DNA from: Octopus sinensis
Lineage: Eukaryota
DNA length: 64,000 bases
Assembly: GCF_006345805.1 (NCBI RefSeq)
Contig: NC_043001.1
Location: 39,866,001 to 39,930,000, forward strand
Direction of reading: 5' to 3'
The notes beneath the pieces are model-generated. The model saw only the letters and a list, made by a program, of their open reading frames with translations. It ran no database searches and was not told the origin of the DNA. The stretch's first letter is position 1. Every line of letters starts with the position of its first letter. The translations under genes and the position numbers were made by a program. This document shows, in pieces, positions 36,690 to 49,500 of the stretch.

Positions 36690-39620
36690 TAGGGTTTCTC
36701 AACAGGAGCCATATGACCCTCTAGGGGGCCATGAAACATTTCTTGTAGGCCACAAAGCTAAGTTTGAAAAATAGGGAGCCACAGGGGTCTACGGGGGGTG
36801 GGGGCACAGAAATTTTGGGGATCGTAAATTATTAACATGTAGGTATGTATTTTTATTTGTAAAATGCATGTTACACATATACATATAAGAAACACGTGTA
36901 TATGCAGTTATAATTTTGATGGATCATCCTTATGTACTAATTTTATATTACACACATATATGTACCTAAAGAACACATGTTAGAATATTAGATTTTAAGT
37001 GTTGTATGTTTGGTTCATAAGATGAACAGTTACATATCATTGCATCATACCAAATTGCTCCAAAATTTTAAAGCTGCAAAACATACATATATAACGGACA
37101 GCACAGAAGGCAAAGTCGCAGTTATTAATCAAAACTCCACTTCAACATTTTGGATGAAGCACTCCGTCGGTTACGACGATGAGGGTTCCGGTTGATCCGA
37201 ATCAACGGAACAGCCTGCTCGTGAAATTAACGTGTAAGTGGCTGAGCACTCCACAGACACGTGTACCCTTAACGTAGTTCTCAGGGATATTCAGCGTGAC
37301 ACAGAGAGTGACAAGGCCGGCCCTTTGAAATACAGGTACAACAGAAACAGGAAGTAATAGTGAGAGAAAGTTGTGGTGAAAGAGTACAGCAGGGATCACC
37401 ACCATCCCTGCCGGAGCCTCGTGGAGCTTTAGGTGTTTTCGCTCAATAAACACTCACAACGCCTGGTCTGGGAATCGAAACCGCGATCCTATGACCGTGA
37501 GTCCGCTACCCTAACCACTGGGCCATTGCCCCTCCACACTTCAACATTATCGACAACATGGAAAATCCATTCAATCAACAACGTCCATGCTAACTGGTTA
37601 ACATTTACACAAGTCTCTTTAAGATTCATTTTTCTTTTTTGTTTTGTCAAATTATACCACTTCTTTCTCTCTCTCTTCTTATCTCATCTTACTTTTGTTC
37701 TTGATTCTGTACATTCTTGTTTAATTATATTTTTCTGCATCGTTAGTGTGCAAGTATCTACTCCTTTTTACTTCATTTTACCTAAGTATTTATAAGTTAC
37801 TTTGATTATCATAAATATGCCATCTAGATCTATAGTGAAAGAGGCGAGGGTGGAAACGTCAATCTACCAAGTTAAATCATTGATCAAGCATTCAAACTGA
37901 ACCCAAGCAGTCAGGAAAACTGTTTCTTCACATATGAGTATAGGATTTATTTTCAAAAAACCTATAATTTGAGAAGTATCCAAACTAAGATGGGGAATCA
38001 AGAGGGAGGTGAGAGGCTGAGGATACCCCGAAAACAAACAAACAAACAATTCATTAGAAAACTAGATAAAATCATTCTTATATGCCTTTTTATACAACTA
38101 TTAGATTATTAATCAATTTAATGATTCAATAATTAGTCACTGAATAGTATTATATACTTAATTGAATTAGAGTAAAATTTAATATTGAACTATGTTTAAT
38201 AGACTATAACAAAATATATTATAAAATCATTTTTTTTTAAAAAGAAAATACATTTTCAATATAACTCTTTTAGGCAATTCGAGTTTGATTCAGCAATAAA
38301 TCAGCCCTATTTTTTCCATGAGCTTACCAGCTCACTTGCTTTATCGATCACTTTTATAATTTAGTTTCTTTTCATCAAATTAATTTTCTTTCTGGATTGT
38401 CAACTGAAAAGGGAAAGATGAATTTTGTCTTGTTATTTTTATCTTTTTATAAGCATAAATATTAATCTGTTTTTCTTGATTATTAAAGCGTTTGATTTAG
38501 TTAACTGCATAATATATTGACTTTATAAACTTGGTTTTAGAACTAATTTTATTCTTGGTTAAAAAGGTATATTGGTTTACCTTACTTTGTATTCACCCCT
38601 GACGAAAACGCTTGAAACTAACCTCTTGTTTATTCAACATTTTTGAAAATATTTGTTTATTATTTCAGATAAACATGGCAAGTGCACCTAAAAAAAGTGT
38701 AGATAATATTCTGTCGAATATCTTGCTTATGGATTCATTAAATCTTCACAAAATTCTACCATACCTAATGTGTCTGCTATTCAAGACCTTGTTCTCAAAT
38801 GAAAATATGTGTCCCTGCAAACTAAAAGAACATCTGGAGACTGCACATAGAGATAAGAAATACAAGCCACTAGATTTCTTCAAAAAGTTATATGATGAGT
38901 TTCAAGGAAGGATGACAGTGGATCAAATGTTCACTCAAAAAGCAGCAAAAGTAGACAAAGAAATGTTGGCTTCTTACAAGATAGCAAATTTAATTGCAAA
39001 AGGTGGTAAGCCATTTTTGATCATGCCTGCAGTGGCTGTAGTGCTTTCAACAGTCATGTATCATAGTCCACAAGAGGTTACAAGTGTTATTCCTCTGAGC
39101 AACTCATCAGTATCATGATGGATTGATGAAATGACAGCTGATGTTGAAAGCTAATTAGTTTCAAAACTTAGGGTAAATGAGTTCTCACTTCAAACAGATA
39201 AATCAACTCTACCTGATAATTCTGTTTTTTAAATGGCATTTGTTAGGTTTCTTCATGTTAATGATATATGTCAAGAATTGCTTTTATCTGTTTTGAAAGG
39301 AAATCCATCTTCAAAACACTTGAGGCCTATTTCGAAGAGAACAACATTCCATTGAAGAACATTGTGGCTTGTACAACAGATGGCATTGCTACTATGATCA
39401 GAAGATATTGGTGATTCAGTGCTTACTTAAAATAGTTGTGCTTTTTGTGCACTGTGTTCATTGACAGCATCTTGTTGCCAAACACATAGGAAACATTTGA
39501 ATGATGCACTTATAAATGTTATCAAAGCTGTCAACTTGATAAAAAAGTATGCACTGCAAAATCGCCTCTTTAAGCAATTATATGAAAAAAATTACGAGGA
39601 ATTTGAATGACTTGCGTTGT
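36690..39620 (+). mobile_element. hAT (Buster/Charlie-like) transposon, 3'-truncated; deleted duplicate at 41734-42740
   Basis: Terminus (c/t)agggtttctcaac preceded by ctgTAgag (nnnTAnnn Buster-type site); 'FSNENMCPCKLKEHLETAH', 'SYKIANLIAKGGKPF', 'IPLSNSSV', 'FSLQTDKST'. Confidence 0.82.
37150..37536 (-). mobile_element. tRNA-derived SINE with 12-bp TSD
   Basis: TSD cacttcaacatt at 37138-37149 and 37537-37548; single unoccupied copy at 42178-42189. Confidence 0.9.
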
Positions 39621-39665
39621 ATTCTGAAGGCATGCTGTGTTTTTCCAATGTTGATTCATACTCAC

Positions 39666-39725
39666 CAGGTTGTTTCATGCATACATATTTGGGCTCACTA
39701 TCTTCAGCATGTTCATCTTCCACAA
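39666..39725 (-). CDS. Type A microexon VEDEHAEDSEPKYVCMKQPG (copy 2)
   Basis: Identical to 34619-34678; AG/GT intact. Confidence 0.8.
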
Positions 39726-41123
39726 CTTCAAGAAATTTAATATAAAATGGGTTTATTTATTTTTAGGATATTTTAAGTATTTCAATATTGCACAGAAAGT
39801 AGCAAAAATAAAATGTATATTTTGTATATAAACATGTATTGAGAAAGAAAATATGTTTGAAATACAAACAAACTGAATGTAATGTATAAGTTCTTCATCT
39901 TCTCATAGATGTATTGGAAAACAAAAATATTGCCACACAAATTCATTTCTTATGAAGAAACAGAAAGATCAATTTCGATAGATATGACATATCAAATTTA
40001 GTGTTTGGAGAGAAAGTTCCCCATAAAGTAAGACACTAAAAATTTTTTCTATCCACAAAATTAGCATTTTGTTATAGAAATTACATGAAAGAAGTGCATA
40101 CTGGAATATTCAAGAGATTGAAAAATGAACACAAAACAAGAGTGCAGAGAACAGGGATGGCCTGTTGAGTATTACCACCTGACAGTGGAGGCAAGAGGTT
40201 TCATTGAAAGGAAAATGATGACGTTATTTAACAGAAGGTTTGAATTTTCGAGCTCAGAGCTGAGAAAAGTAATAAGGAGGATACAAGAGGCAGTCGAAAA
40301 AGCCAGCTTCTATGTATGGCTGAAGTGAAAAGACCTAAAATGGCTTGAAAACCATAACATGCCAACTGGGGAATAGCATTGCTAGGTGAGGCTGGCTGAC
40401 ACTTAAGCAGCATCACTGATTGACAGTTGGGCCAAGGTAATGATCTCATTCTTTGCATGCCCTCCCTCTGGTTTGAAGACATGTACCACCAAACAGCTGG
40501 TCAGATCTGGCTGCTGGAACTGAAACTAACACGACACTGTTCGAAGGCAAATTTAAAGAGGGCATGGGCTAAAATTACATGCCCTTCCCCTCCATTGGTT
40601 AGTTGAAGCTTAGACAGTGTCATGCGGCAGTTAGCTGGTGCTGGCCGCTGGAGCCTACCGGTGAGTATTTGATGGGAAATTTGGCAGGATGGTCAGTTGC
40701 CCACTGACATTCGTTGATACTGCATTGAAGAAACCAAAGAACAAAAGAAAAAAGGAGAAAGAAGAAACGCACTCGACACCAGAGCTGAAGACACCTTTAA
40801 GAGACGAGGGACCCACCACATCAAAAACGGTTGAGGAGTAGGGACCGAAACTGGATGTGGTTTCTCCTGATGTCTTTAGCCACTGGATCCTATAAAGGAG
40901 CTGTTGAGATGGTGAACCACAAAATGTGGTTGGAATTCCTAACAGCTAAAATATGCAAGTAATGAGCAGATACTACTACAATGAATACCAAGATACACTC
41001 AAACACTCACATATGAACAAAAATAAAAAGAGTGCTAATTCAAATTATGGTTGTTAGCTTTCTAATCATGATTTAGACTATTCTAAAGTCATGTTGTGTG
41101 CTATCAATGTCTGTTATATTTTC

Positions 41124-41183
41124 CAGGCAGTTTTGGGCATATATTTTGGTGCTCACAAATATCAAAATATTGATGCTCCACAC
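41124..41183 (-). pseudogene. Type A microexon with GA donor: VEHQYFDICEHQNICPKLPG
   Basis: Duplicate of 36079-36138. Confidence 0.72.
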
Positions 41184-42790
41184 CTTTATGAAATTAGATT
41201 AAAAACAGGTTGTTTATTGTTTGGAAAGGATGTTTTAAATATGTTATTGTTACACTGTAAGTCATAAAGCAAATGACAAAATATACTCATCATCATCATC
41301 ATCATCGTTTACCGTTCATGTTCCAAGCTAACATTAGTGGGATGGTATCACAAAAGCCAGTCAGGCTGACACCTGCACTAGACTTCTGTGATTGTTTTGA
41401 CAGGATTTTTATAGCTGGATGCCCTTCCTAACACTAAGTCCACTCAGCGGAGTGGACTTAGTGCTTTTTATGTGGCAAAAGCACAGGCAAAGTGAGTAGT
41501 GCTTTTATGTGGCACAAGCACAGTTGAGGATAGTTTTGGCAAGGTTTTTACAGCTGGATGCCCTTCCAAATACCAACCACTTTACAGTGTGGACTGGGTG
41601 CTTTTAAGTGGCACCTGCACTGACAGAGTTACCAAGTACTTGCAAGACAAAAACTTTTAAGAGGGAGAGAGGCTTTGGAGGGAGTGATGATCAAAAGTTA
41701 TAGCGAGACAGATACAGGTGTCTTGCTGTAGAGCAGGGTTTCTCAACAGGAGCCATATGACCCTCTAGGGGCCATGAAACATTTCTTGTAGGCCACAAAG
41801 CTAAGTTTGAAAAATAGGGAGCCACAGGGGTCTGCGAGGGTGGGGGCACAGAAATTTTGGGGATCGTAAATTATTAACATGTAGGTATGTATTTTTATTT
41901 GTAAAATGCATGTTATACATATACATATAAGAAACACATGTATATGCAGTTATAATTTTGATGAATCATCCTTATGTACTAATTTTATATTACACACATA
42001 TATGTACCTAAAGAGCACATGTTAGAATATTAGATTTTGAGTGTTGTATGTTTGGTTCATAAGATGAACAGTTACATCATTGCATCACACCAAATTGCTC
42101 CAAAATTTTAAAGCTGCAAGACATACATATATAATGGACAGCACAGAAGGCAAAGTCGCAGTTATTAATCAAAACTCCACTTCAACATTATCGACAACAT
42201 GGAAAATCCATCCAATCAACAACGTCCATGCTAACTGGTTAACATTTACACAAGTCTCTTTAAGATTCACTTTTCTTTCTGGATTGTCAAATTATACCAC
42301 TTCTTTCTCTCTCTCTTCTTATCTCATCTTACTTTTGTTCTTGATTCTGTACTTTCTTGTTTAATTATATTTTTCTGCATCGTTAGTGTGCAAGTATCTA
42401 CTCCTTTTTACTTCATTTTACCTAAGTATTTATAAGTTACTTTGATTATCATAAATATTCCATCTAGATCTATAGTGAAAGAGGCGAGGGATGGAAAGGT
42501 CAATCTACCAAGTTAAATCATGATCAGAAGATATTGGGGATTCAGTGCTTACTTAAAATAGTTGTGCTTTTTGTGCACTGTGTTCATTGACAGCATCTGG
42601 TTGCCAAACACATAGGAAACATTTGAATGATGCACTTATAAATGTTATCAAAGCTGTCAACTTGATAAAAAAGTATGCACTGCAAAATCGCCTCTTTAAG
42701 CAATTATATGAAAAAAATTACAGGAATTTGAACGACTTGCGTTGTATTCTGAAGGCATGCTGTGTTTTTCCAATGTTGATTCATACTCAC

Positions 42791-42850
42791 CAGGTTGTTT
42801 CATGCATACATATTTGGGCTCACTATCTTCAGCATGTTCATCTTCCACAA
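42791..42850 (-). CDS. Type A microexon VEDEHAEDSEPKYVCMKQPG (copy 3)
   Basis: AG/GT intact. Confidence 0.8.
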
Positions 42851-43490
42851 CTTCAAGAAATTTAAAATAAAATGGGTGTATTTATTGTTAGGACAGGATA
42901 TTTTAAGTATTTCAATATTATACAGAAAGTAGCAAAAACATATTATAATCTATATTTTGTATATAAACATTTGTATATAAACATGTATAGAGAAAGAAAA
43001 TATATTTGAAATGCAGCCAAACTGAATGTAATGTATAAGCTCTTCATCTTCTCAATGATGTATTGAAAAACAGAAAAATATTGCCTCATAAATTCATTTC
43101 TTATGAAGAAACAGAAAGATCAGTTTTGATAGATATGGTATATCAAATTTAGTGTTTGGAGAGAAGGTTCTTCCATAAAATGAGACACTCAAAATTCTTT
43201 TCTATCTGCAAAATGCTATTATTTTTTTATAGAAATTACATAAAAGTAGTGCATATTGAGAACTTTAAGGGATTAAAAAATGAACACAAAACATTGATAT
43301 AACATCTAAAATATGCTGGTAGTGAGCATATACTATTACAATGAATACCATTAACATACACTCAAACACTCACATATATACAAATGTAAAAAGAGAGGAG
43401 TTAATTCAAATTATGGTTGTTAGATTTCTAATCATGATTTAGACTATATCTAAAGTCATGCTATACACTATCAATGTCTGTTATACTTAC

Positions 43491-43550
43491 CAGGAGGTTC
43501 TGGGCATATATTTTGGTGCTCACAAACTTCAAAATATTGATGCTCCACAC
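43491..43550 (-). CDS. Type A microexon: (x)VEHQYFEVCEHQNICPEPPG
   Basis: Acceptor ctaatttcatgaAG, donor CCTG|gtaagt. Confidence 0.8.
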
Positions 43551-44073
43551 CTTCATGAAATTAGATTAAAAATGGGTTGTTTATTGTTTGGAAAGGGTGT
43601 TTTAAATATGTTATTGTTACACTGTAAGTCATAAAGCTAATGTCAAAATATATTGTAATACATATTTTATATATAAACATATATTAGGTAAAAAAAATTA
43701 TTTGAAATCCAGCCAAACTGAGTGTACAGTATGAGTCTTCATCCCCTTCTCTCATTGATGTATTCAGAAAAGGAAAAGAATTGTCTAATAAATTCATTTG
43801 GTATGAAAAAGTAAGGAGAAATAAAGTCTAATTTTATTTAATATGGCAAATTATGAAAATATGTGTATACACTGGATTATTAATATGGATTAATATGTGT
43901 AAGAAGTCAAGTTCTTTATATATGCAATGGGGTTTTCACATTTTCAAACTTTTCTAATTAAAAACATATGTATGTTATTAAGCAGTATATTCTACTCAAA
44001 GAAAGGATAAGCTAAGATATTTTTTAACTCTTGCTTTAATGATTATAATTTTATTGAATTGCCTATATGCTAA

Positions 44074-44110
44074 CAATCAAATTTCTTAGAAATAAGCACC
44101 ATCTTTGTTT
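44074..44110 (-). pseudogene. Deleted type B microexon remnant
   Basis: 'gatggtgcttat...ttctaagaaatttgat' sits in B-exon flanking context; splice sites degraded. Confidence 0.55.
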
Positions 44111-44353
44111 TCAAGAAAATCATTTTAAATATAAATAATGTGACAATAAATAACATTTAAAATGTGTTGCTAGTGTGCTGATACTACTAAAATAAATATT
44201 AATGAATGCACAAGCACATGTACACAGACATACACACATACACACAATGATAGGGTATATTTAGATTGTTATAAAATGTAGTCATTAGCTTTCTGTTCAA
44301 GTTTATACTATTTTGGGATTATGTCATGTGCTATCAATATTGATTATACTTAC

Positions 44354-44413
44354 CAGGGAGTTCTAGGCACATATCTTGGAGTTCACTAACTTCAATATAA
44401 TGATCATCCACAG
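44354..44413 (-). CDS. Type A microexon: (x)VDDHYIEVSELQDMCLELPG
   Basis: Acceptor ctaatgttttgaAG, donor CCTG|gtaagt. Confidence 0.8.
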
Positions 44414-44684
44414 CTTCAAAACATTAGATAAAGAGGGACATATTTATAGCGTGAAGAGAATGTATTAAATATTTTCATGTTGTACAAAAGGTAGAAAAAT
44501 AACAATATAATATATTGTAGGTATATTTTGATATATAAACATGCATTTAGAAACAAAGATTATTATTTGAAATCCATCAAACTGAACATAAAGTATAAGT
44601 TCTTCATCTTTGTATTGATGTATTTAAAATAAAGAATAGTATTACCTAATAAATTCATTTGATATAAGTAAGTAAAGAAGAAAT

Positions 44685-45097
44685 CGTTGTTGTGGCCAAT
44701 GCCAGGGCCACCTGACTGGCGTCTGTGCCAGTGGCACATAAAAAGCACCATTTGAACCATAGCCGATGCCAGTGCCACCTGACTGGCTCCTGTGCCAGTG
44801 GTATAGGGAAAGCATCATTTGAGTGTGTTCAATGCCAGTGCCACCTGACTGGCTCCTGTGCCAGTGGTATAGGGAAAGCATCATTTGAGTGTGTTCAATG
44901 CCAGTGCTACCTGACTGGCCCCCATGCCAGTGGCACGTAAAAAACACCACTACGCTCTTGGAGTGGTTGGCATTAAAAAGGGCATCCAGCTGTAGAAACC
45001 TGGACAGAACAGATTGGAGCCTGGTGCAGCCTCCTGGCTTGCTAGTCTTCAGTCAAACCATCCAACCCATGCCAGCATAGAAAGCAGACATTAAAAA

Positions 45098-45130
<33 letters not shown>

Positions 45131-45202
45131 GGTGGTGGTGGTGGTGATGATGATGATGATGATGATGAAGAGAGAGAGAGGGAGAGAGAGAGAGAGAGAG
45201 AG

Positions 45203-45275
<73 letters not shown>
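44685..45275 (+). mobile_element. RTE-tailed SINE with an internal 66-bp tandem unit, followed by (GAT/GGT)n(GA)n(GAAA)n
   Basis: Unit starts at 44766, 44832 and 44898; standard tail at 45060-45110. Confidence 0.8.
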
Positions 45276-45277
<2 letters not shown>

Positions 45278-46267
45278 CTATATTTGGTAAATATGGCATT
45301 TCAGAGTTAGTGCATGGAGAGAAAGTTCTTCAGTAAAGCAGCAATAAAAATTATATTCAACACGGAAAATGCTAATTTTCATACAGAAATTATATAACAG
45401 TGGTATTTACAGAGGGCTCAAAGGTGAAATTTCATTCAAAGAAATTTGAACACAGAACATAGTATGACTAAATTTAATATTGATTTCAAATTTTGACAGA
45501 GAACCATCAATTTCAGAGAGGGGATAAGTTGATTGCATTGACCACCCACTGTTCAACTCGTACTTATTTTATCAACCTTAAGAGAATGAAAGGCAAAGTC
45601 AACCTCAGTGGAATTTGAACTCAGACCGTAAAGTTGGACGAAATGCTACTAAGCATTTTGCCTGGCATGCTAACCATTCTACCACCTTGCTGTCTATAGA
45701 CTAAATTTAATATTACTAAGTATTTCATATGTCACTATTTCTGTTACATATTTCACTGATATTTTAAAATAATCATGTTATCATTAAGAGAAGCTTGTGC
45801 AATAAAATATTTTCTAAGATTATTTTCATGCTAGTGGTATCCAAAAGCAGGACTTATTGTGGTTACCTCAACAAAAACAGTTCATTTCAGTGTATAATAT
45901 TCCCCATTGAAAATCTCTTCTAAACTATTTGTCTCATCTCCAGGCAAATGTGTAGTAAATTCATTACTAGTTATATTATTATTTGGTTTATTTGTATAAA
46001 TAAAACTTACAAAATACATTTATGAATTGGATTATCAGTAAAGATTAATAAAGGTGCAAAAGTATGGAGTTACATAAAAAAGTTTACAAGACATCTCTTA
46101 TACATGCAATGGAAATTTAACATTTTGATGGTTTTATTTATATATATGCATACATATTTTATTACACTGTACATTCTACTCAAAAAAGAAAAAAGAATGA
46201 GCCAAAGTATTTGATAACATATGCTTTAATGAACAGAAGTTCATCCAGGAAATGTCTATATGCTCAC

Positions 46268-46309
46268 CTTCAGGTTTCTTTGAAAGATTATCATAAGCAC
46301 CATCCAGGA
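46268..46309 (-). CDS. Type B microexon: (x)LDGAYDNLSKKPEG
   Basis: Acceptor ctaattcttaaAG, donor GAAG|gtgagc. Confidence 0.8.
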
Positions 46310-46544
46310 CTTTAAGAATTAGAGAAAAGTATAAATAACTTGATTATGAATAAAATTTAAATATATTAGTAGTGTGTTGATATTACCAGAAAAGATACTA
46401 AGTAAATAGTCTCATAGTCACACACACACACACATTAATAGTTTGATATAAATTTGTTATTAACTTTCTGTTCAGATCTTGCTATGTACAATCCGTATCA
46501 ATTATACTTACTGGGGTTTTTTGAATAAATAACTTAATGAGGGT

Positions 46545-49500
46545 CACTGACCAAATTTATGGCTAGTGCAAAGTCCCTTCCAGCCCTAAGGTGACATGAT
46601 AGGATAATGGAACAGTATAGTACACAGGGCCATTAGACCAAAGAAACAAATCTGGAAGGATGGGCAGAATAGTAGTTGCAAAAATCTATATCAGGCAACC
46701 AGAAAGGGAGCTAGAAAACGTTTATTTTATTGTTATATCCATACACCTCCAATATCATAGCACAGTTGATATTTCCGGTGATAGATGAAGAATATACTGT
46801 AACAGTGTTATAACAATACAAAATAAAAACAGCAGCAGTAACAAACACATAAACCAACAATTAATATTTCCAACTCACTAACTTGAACTGTAACCTGTAC
46901 CTGGACTTTGAAGACCAAACTACAAACTGCTGCTTATGTCAGACTGCTACTATTTATATGTAGTGGTCTCATCTATTTCCATCAGAGGGTGTCGTACTCT
47001 CACCACAACATCTCTCCTTTGTGATTTTGAGTTCCAAGTAAATAAATAAATAAATTTTATTTATTATTGTTTTTTTAGTATCTTTTTCACTTGGGCCTTA
47101 TCTCAAGGTGTTCAGTCTGCTTCTGTTTTCTCACACTGGTTCTATGCGACTCCATTTCTGTTAGTACTGGGACATCAAATACATAAAAAATACTTCCATA
47201 GGAATCTCTCCACATTCCTCAGAATGTCTCTTCTTTTGCTGATTTATGTGTCTCTTATGTTCCCAACATGGTCCTTTAATTAGATAGTTTCTATTTTTTT
47301 GGTTACACAGCCATCCTCCCATTCTTCTTTGCCATTACTGTAGGTTTTATAATACACTTTGTCTCCTATTTCGAAATATTTCATTGTATCTTTCATATTT
47401 CCTTTACATCTTTTTTTCTCTGGCAATAAATTATCAAAAATCAATTCTGTTCTTCTCACAAACATCAACTCTGTGGGTGACTTTCGTGAATTTGTACATG
47501 GCTTTCTCTTATAACTTTAGAATCGTATCTCTTTAAATACTTGACATAATTCTCATATGTTCAATCATTTTTTGCCTCACTATTGTCCTGTTGCTGCAAT
47601 TTCGATTTTCTTCTGGTGAAGCTAGCCACTTATTTGACCACTTCCAGCTGTAGATTATATAAAGAACTCCTTTGCACATGGTTTATCCCAAACCTTTACA
47701 TCTTGCCCTACTATCTGACACTATCATATCATGACATGAAATATCCAGCCACTAAGTAAAGAAATTTCTCTTGTTTTCAATTGTTCATCATTCTTTTATT
47801 CATTTAACATGTATTACTAACATGCTAATATTCTTGAGTTAAAATAACTTCATAACCTGTTTTCTTTCTCTAATAATTTTAGAATCGTATCTCTTTAAAT
47901 ACTTGACATAATTCTCATGTGTTCTGTCATTCTTTGCCTCACTATTGTTCTCTTGCTGCTATTTTGATTTTCATGTGGTGAATCTAGCCATTGTTTGTTC
48001 ACAATGTGCCCACCCTTTCCCGCCCCACTACCAATACCAGAAATCCCTTCTCTTGTACTGGAAATCCCTTCTCTCATACCAGTAATCTCTTCTCTTATAC
48101 TGGTAATCTCTTCCCTTACACTGGAAACTCCACAGAGCTCTGCCTCACTTCTGCACCAGAAGACCTTCATATCTCTGTCCCTCCCTCTTATAATGCTTGT
48201 AATGTTGGTACATTTGTCAGAGTAGGCATATTTATTATTGCATCTGCCCTCAATGGATCAGACCATCTACCATTTTTATCAATTATTTGCCCTAAGTACT
48301 TAATTTGAGGCAAAAAGAATTTGCATTTTTCTTCACTCAAAGTGAACCCGTACTCTTTAATTTTCTTGAAAAAAGCTTTTATGTTCCGCATGGTATTCAC
48401 ATGAATTACTCTTAATCAATATATTGCCCAAATAATGGATTGCAAATTCACAATCATATAACATAGTATCCATGGTTTGCTAAAATATTGTCGGTGCAAC
48501 CTTTAATCCAAAAGGCAACCAGGTATATTTGTACAATTCTCTATGTATATTTATTGTCAGGTTCTTTGAGCATTTGTCATTTACTTTAAGCTTCAGACAG
48601 ATCCAATTTGAAGAAAATTTTTCCACCATTTAATTTTGCAAAAATGTCTTCTGAAGTCAGGAGTGGATGGTAGCATGTCTTTAAGAAGTCATTCAATCCT
48701 GTAGAGAAATCAGCATATAGCCTGATCTTATTATCTTTCTTTTTAATGCACACCATGGACACCGTCCACTTCAAGTAATCCACCTTTTTGATGATTCCAC
48801 TCTTTTCCAGTTTGTCCAACTCTTCATTTACAATTTCAATTGCTACAAACGGTACTTTTCTGTTAGATTTAAATATAGGCACAGCGTTTTTCCTTACTTG
48901 AAAGCAGGTTTCAGTCTTTTTACATAGACCTCAGTCCTCCAGGAAACATAGACCTCAGTCCTTGAGGAAACATCTTTTTCTCCTCAATTCCTCAGACGAT
49001 TCATTTTTAACGGAACAACCATTTATGTCTTTGCAGTAGAGACTTATGGGGAGGTACCATAAGTCAAATAACTCCAACCAATCTGTACCAAACAGATTGA
49101 TTGTATTTTCCACAATGAATATTTTTGCTTTGCATGTTTCTCCTTGAAATTTGACATCTGTACACATTTTGCCCATGAAATGTACTTAATTGCCCATCAC
49201 GCCACATGCAATGTTCGCTGTTTTACATAACCTCGGTTTCCCAATTTTTCTCCATATAGCCACATTTATGAGAGAAATATCACTACCCATACTCAACTAT
49301 AGTTTAATGCTTACACTATTTATGTATGAATTTTCTTATTTTTGTGTCTCGTTCACTTTCTGCTGAAAGCACCTTAGAACTTTTTGAGTTTGACCCTCAT
49401 AATCTTGTCCTGTAGTGTGAGCTCTTGTGACCAAGTTTCTGACAACTATAGCATTTTCGGTTTTTAAACAGACACCCTTTTCTGAAGTGTAGGTCTCCAC

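Larger units (their letters stand above)
34563..42740. repeat. Tandem segmental duplication (about 34563-39620 vs 39621-42740)
   Basis: Near-identical blocks, each with exon A, RLE fragment, GA-donor exon A, SINE and hAT 5' part; the second copy lacks a SINE and about 1.5 kb of hAT. Confidence 0.92.

Noticed and set aside
37440-37535. tRNA-like sequence (also about 30660-30725)
   Set aside because: SINE heads with A/B boxes but no complete cloverleaf; one is flanked by a TSD.
38599-38630. CTGACGA...GAAAC hammerhead-like core
   Set aside because: Stem II is only about 2 bp and no convincing stem I or III was found.
44685-44950. Tandem units of about 53-66 bp (also 52190-52450 and 63500-63700) resembling a CRISPR or peptide-repeat gene
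   Set aside because: No unique spacers; these are internal tandem units of a dispersed SINE family in a eukaryotic genome.
45042-45299. Poly-His/SFFL ORFs
   Set aside because: Simple-repeat tail of a SINE.
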